Below, piece by piece: positions 48,047 to 50,545 of a DNA stretch of 50,545 bases. The stretch's first letter is position 1, and each line of letters starts with the position of its first letter. Source of the DNA: Myxococcota bacterium. Lineage in GTDB: Bacteria > Myxococcota_C > UBA6777. The stretch is taken from NCBI GenBank assembly GCA_023150835.1, contig JAKLKB010000045.1, positions 1 through 50,545 of the forward strand. Direction: 5' to 3'. A program made the translations under genes and the position numbers. Below the pieces are notes generated by a model that worked only from the letters and a program-made list of their open reading frames with translations, did no database searches and was not told the DNA's origin.

Positions 48047-48162
48047 TAGGACTTACGCAGTTCGATACGAAAAAGGCCCACGTTCTGGCGTGGGCGGTTC
48101 GCGAACCGCCCCTACAACGTTCTGATATCTCAGGGTTTCCCTTTTCAATTGCGTAAGTCCTA
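48047..48162 (+). mobile_element. Family C MITE/REP element (116 bp), left copy
   Basis: Perfect termini TAGGACTTACGCA...TGCGTAAGTCCTA around an internal GGGCGGTTCGCGAACCGCCCCTAC palindrome. Confidence 0.85.
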
Positions 48163-48191
48163 TTACACCCAAACACAAAGGAATACTCACC

Positions 48192-49139
48192 ATGCTGATG
48201 CGCTTCTTTCGATATGCTCAACGCCGATCAACGGTTCTTTTTGTGGCGTTGCTCGCCGCAAGTTTTTCTTTTGGTGCGAATTGCACACCCGGAACAACAG
48301 TCTGCGCTGAAAATTGCCCAAAGGGCGACAAGGGCGACAAGGGCGACCAAGGATCGGCTGGAAAAGATGGCCGTGACGGATTGCAAGGCCCCGCAGGAGC
48401 TACAGGCCCGCAAGGCCCCGCAGGAGCGGCAGGCCCAAAGGGCGATAAGGGCGACAAAGGCGAAGCCGGTACTTGCAACGCAACCAACTGTCAACAAGGC
48501 CCTGCGGGTCCTGCGGGGCCCGTTGGTCCCCAAGGGATTGCCGGCCCTGCTTGCACGATTGGGCAAACCAGCACGGACAACAACGGCAACACGGTGATCA
48601 CCTTCAACTGCGGCACAACAAACACAAATGCTGTGTTTCGTACAACTCCCGCAGGAACAATCATCGCTTTTGCAGGGGAAAAATCGAAAATCCCTGCGGG
48701 GTGGTTTTTGTGTGATGGCCGCGAGATCTCTCGCACACAATACCAAGACCTCTTTTTGGCGATCGGTGTGGCGAACGGTGCAGGGGACACGGTGACGACC
48801 TTCAACATCCCCGATCTTCGCGGTCGTTTCTTGCGTGGAGTGGATGATGCACAAGGTCGTGATCCCGACGCCTCGAAACGCACCGCTCCTGCTAATTTTA
48901 GCGGCACGCCTACCGGAAACGCAGGCGATAAAGTCGGATCTGTCCAAAGTGACGCACTGAAAATCCACAGCCACAAGGCCAATACTGGGGATGGGTTACT
49001 TGTTTACACCATCGGAGGTTCTGGAGATCGTTATGGAGGAGGAAACGAAAAAATGGTTAGAGTTCCACTTACATCCGAAGGAGACAGTACAGAATCTCGC
49101 CCCAAAAACGTGGGTGTGAATTGGCTGATTAAGTACTAG
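48192..49139 (+). CDS. Exported collagen-repeat protein with a phage tail-collar domain
   Basis: Signal or lipobox segment (FGANC) and two Gly-X-Y tracts. PAGTIIAFAG..IPAGWFLCDGREISRTQYQDLF..FNIPDLRGRFLRG and ESRPKNVGVNWLIKY. Confidence 0.92.
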   Translation: MLMRFFRYAQRRSTVLFVALLAASFSFGANCTPGTTVCAENCPKGDKGDKGDQGSAGKDGRDGLQGPAGATGPQGPAGAAGPKGDKGDKGEAGTCNATNCQQGPAGPAGPVGPQGIAGPACTIGQTSTDNNGNTVITFNCGTTNTNAVFRTTPAGTIIAFAGEKSKIPAGWFLCDGREISRTQYQDLFLAIGVANGAGDTVTTFNIPDLRGRFLRGVDDAQGRDPDASKRTAPANFSGTPTGNAGDKVGSVQSDALKIHSHKANTGDGLLVYTIGGSGDRYGGGNEKMVRVPLTSEGDSTESRPKNVGVNWLIKY

Positions 49140-49255
49140 TAGGACCCACGCAGTTGAAAAGGGAAACCCTGAGATATCAGAACGTTGTAGGAGCGGTTCG
49201 CGAACCGCCCACGCCCGAACGTGGGCCTTTTTCGTATCGAACTGAGTAAGTCCTA
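49140..49255 (-). mobile_element. Family C MITE/REP element (116 bp), right copy, inverted
   Basis: The reverse complement matches 48047-48162 with about 6 mismatches by hand alignment. Confidence 0.85.
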
Positions 49256-49350
49256 AGTAAGTATCACTAAGTTTCTTCAACTTTCGCGCCCGAAGAACGG
49301 GTTTGTTCAAAAAAGATGGCGATGAAGAGGTCACCGACGCAACAGATCGA

Positions 49351-49426
49351 GGGCAGGCACGGGGGCCTGCCCCTACGAAACACCGTGTGATTTCCAACAC
49401 GTAGGGGCAACCAGGTGTGGTTGCCC
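49351..49426. repeat. Pair of GTAG-type REP-like hairpins
   Basis: GGGCAGGCACGGGGGCCTGCCCCTAC and GTAGGGGCAACCAGGTGTGGTTGCCC, in opposite orientations. Confidence 0.65.
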
Positions 49427-49575
49427 TGGCTGAAATGTGTTGCATCTTGATACCTCTACTCATGGCGTTGGTTTGAACGGACCCCGAAGAACCTTGCTGC
49501 TCAAGCACCAAAGTTACAAAAATCAAGCGATACTGACTTATACTAGGAACAGATTTTGTTGAAGGAAATAAAAAC

Positions 49576-50442
49576 ATGGCGAAGGTGTGGTGGCTTTTTG
49601 GGATTGGGTGGTTGGCTGCGTTTTCGATGTCTTGTAGTGCGACCCCTGAGTGCATCAATGGGATTCAAATTAGCGAGAAAAATACACATGGGATCGATTG
49701 TACGAAAGATTGCGATTGCAGTACCCTAAGATACGAGGGTTATTGCGTGAATAATCGATGTACCTCGACTGCACGCACAGTCGCCGAGCGCAAAGGAGCA
49801 ACCCGCGTATGCAAGTTGTTGCGACCGGTGGATTATTGCGATCTGGGTGAGCAGACGGCTCAACCCGAGCCGCTTACGGGCCTATGGTGGGGAGACTGTA
49901 TCGCGCCGAAGATCACGCCAGAAAATACAGAAGCGGCCTGTTCGGACGGTAAAGACAACGATTGCGACGGCTTGATCGACGGTAAGGATCCGAATTGCAA
50001 CATTTGCGCGAACGGCCAAATCTCTTGCGCGGGTGGCTGTGTGAACCCCAAAGAGAGCAACCTGCATTGCGGCTCTTGCGGTAACACCTGTGGGAACGGA
50101 AAAGTTTGCAAAGAGGGAAATTGTCAATGCCCGATCGGACAAGCGGATTGCGGCGGTGGTTGTGTGGACACCAAAACAAGCAGCCAACACTGCGGAAGTT
50201 GTGGGAATTCCTGCGCAGCCCCGAAAAGCTGTGTTGGAGGGCAGTGCGCGTGCCCGAGCAGCCAAACGCTTTGCGGTGGCAGTTGTGTGGATCTTGCATC
50301 GGATGGGCAGAATTGCGGGGGTTGTGGCAAGGCGTGCGCAACACAACAAGTCTGCTCTAAAGGCTTGTGCGCTGCTGATTGCCCGAGCGGGCAAACGATC
50401 TGCGGGGGCTTTCTCTTGGACACTTTATGTGTAAGTGGTTAG
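49576..50442 (+). CDS. Cys-rich lipoprotein, probably truncated at its 3' end by an IS
   Basis: Lipobox FSMSC, CSDGKDNDCDGLID and three HCG/NCG repeats. The repeat breaks off mid-unit at GQTICGG. Confidence 0.8.
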   Translation: MAKVWWLFGIGWLAAFSMSCSATPECINGIQISEKNTHGIDCTKDCDCSTLRYEGYCVNNRCTSTARTVAERKGATRVCKLLRPVDYCDLGEQTAQPEPLTGLWWGDCIAPKITPENTEAACSDGKDNDCDGLIDGKDPNCNICANGQISCAGGCVNPKESNLHCGSCGNTCGNGKVCKEGNCQCPIGQADCGGGCVDTKTSSQHCGSCGNSCAAPKSCVGGQCACPSSQTLCGGSCVDLASDGQNCGGCGKACATQQVCSKGLCAADCPSGQTICGGFLLDTLCVSG

Positions 50443-50545
50443 AATGACAAGCAGCGCTTTTTAAGGTACAAGAAGGAGACGATGATGTACTACATAAAGT
50501 CTGAAAGAGAATGGGCAAAAAAAACTTTAAACACAGCCAAGTCCA
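50409..50545 (+). mobile_element. Probable left end of an IS4-family (IS50/Tn5-like) element, partial
   Basis: CTTTCTCTTGGACACTTTA matches 13/19 positions of the Tn5 mosaic end CTGTCTCTTATACACATCT. AAGGAG RBS and ATG 50482 give MMYYIKSEREWAKKT, resembling the DWAKSVF N-terminus of IS50 transposase. Abrupt shift to AT-rich sequence. Confidence 0.6.

Noticed and set aside
48192-49139. Prophage or contractile injection system
   Set aside because: The tail-collar gene is isolated and has a signal peptide. No sheath, tube, baseplate, capsid or integrase genes are nearby.

Overview
This is a gene-dense bacterial window whose content points to a myxobacterium (Myxococcota): a MYXO-CTERM-type sorting signal, Cys-rich surface lipoproteins and Hanks kinases. 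The left part (1-22.5 kb) is GC-rich and holds mixed genes: a B12 radical SAM enzyme, a beta-propeller lipoprotein, yebC, a kinase-metallophosphoesterase pair, a lysophospholipase, an ICMT/PEMT fusion, a Baeyer-Villiger monooxygenase, a GT-C mannosyltransferase, a Sel1 protein and an unusual DUF924-FSH1-LRR fusion. These genes are separated by several families of short REP/MITE-like repeats. The centre (~23-34 kb) is visibly AT-richer and is the best candidate for an undescribed system. It has two converging operons encoding four signal-peptide-bearing caspase-like (C14) domains (three with an intact His-Cys dyad, one pseudo-enzyme fused to PEGA and FGE), DUF4384-like proteins sharing a KTLV motif, and an OmpA-C protein. 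The right part (34-50.5 kb) encodes a membrane kinase, five Cys-rich exported proteins, DsbD and a collagen/tail-collar gene bracketed by 116-bp inverted repeats. The window ends at a probable IS50/Tn5-like insertion. All family assignments come from motif recognition by eye; no database searches were run.
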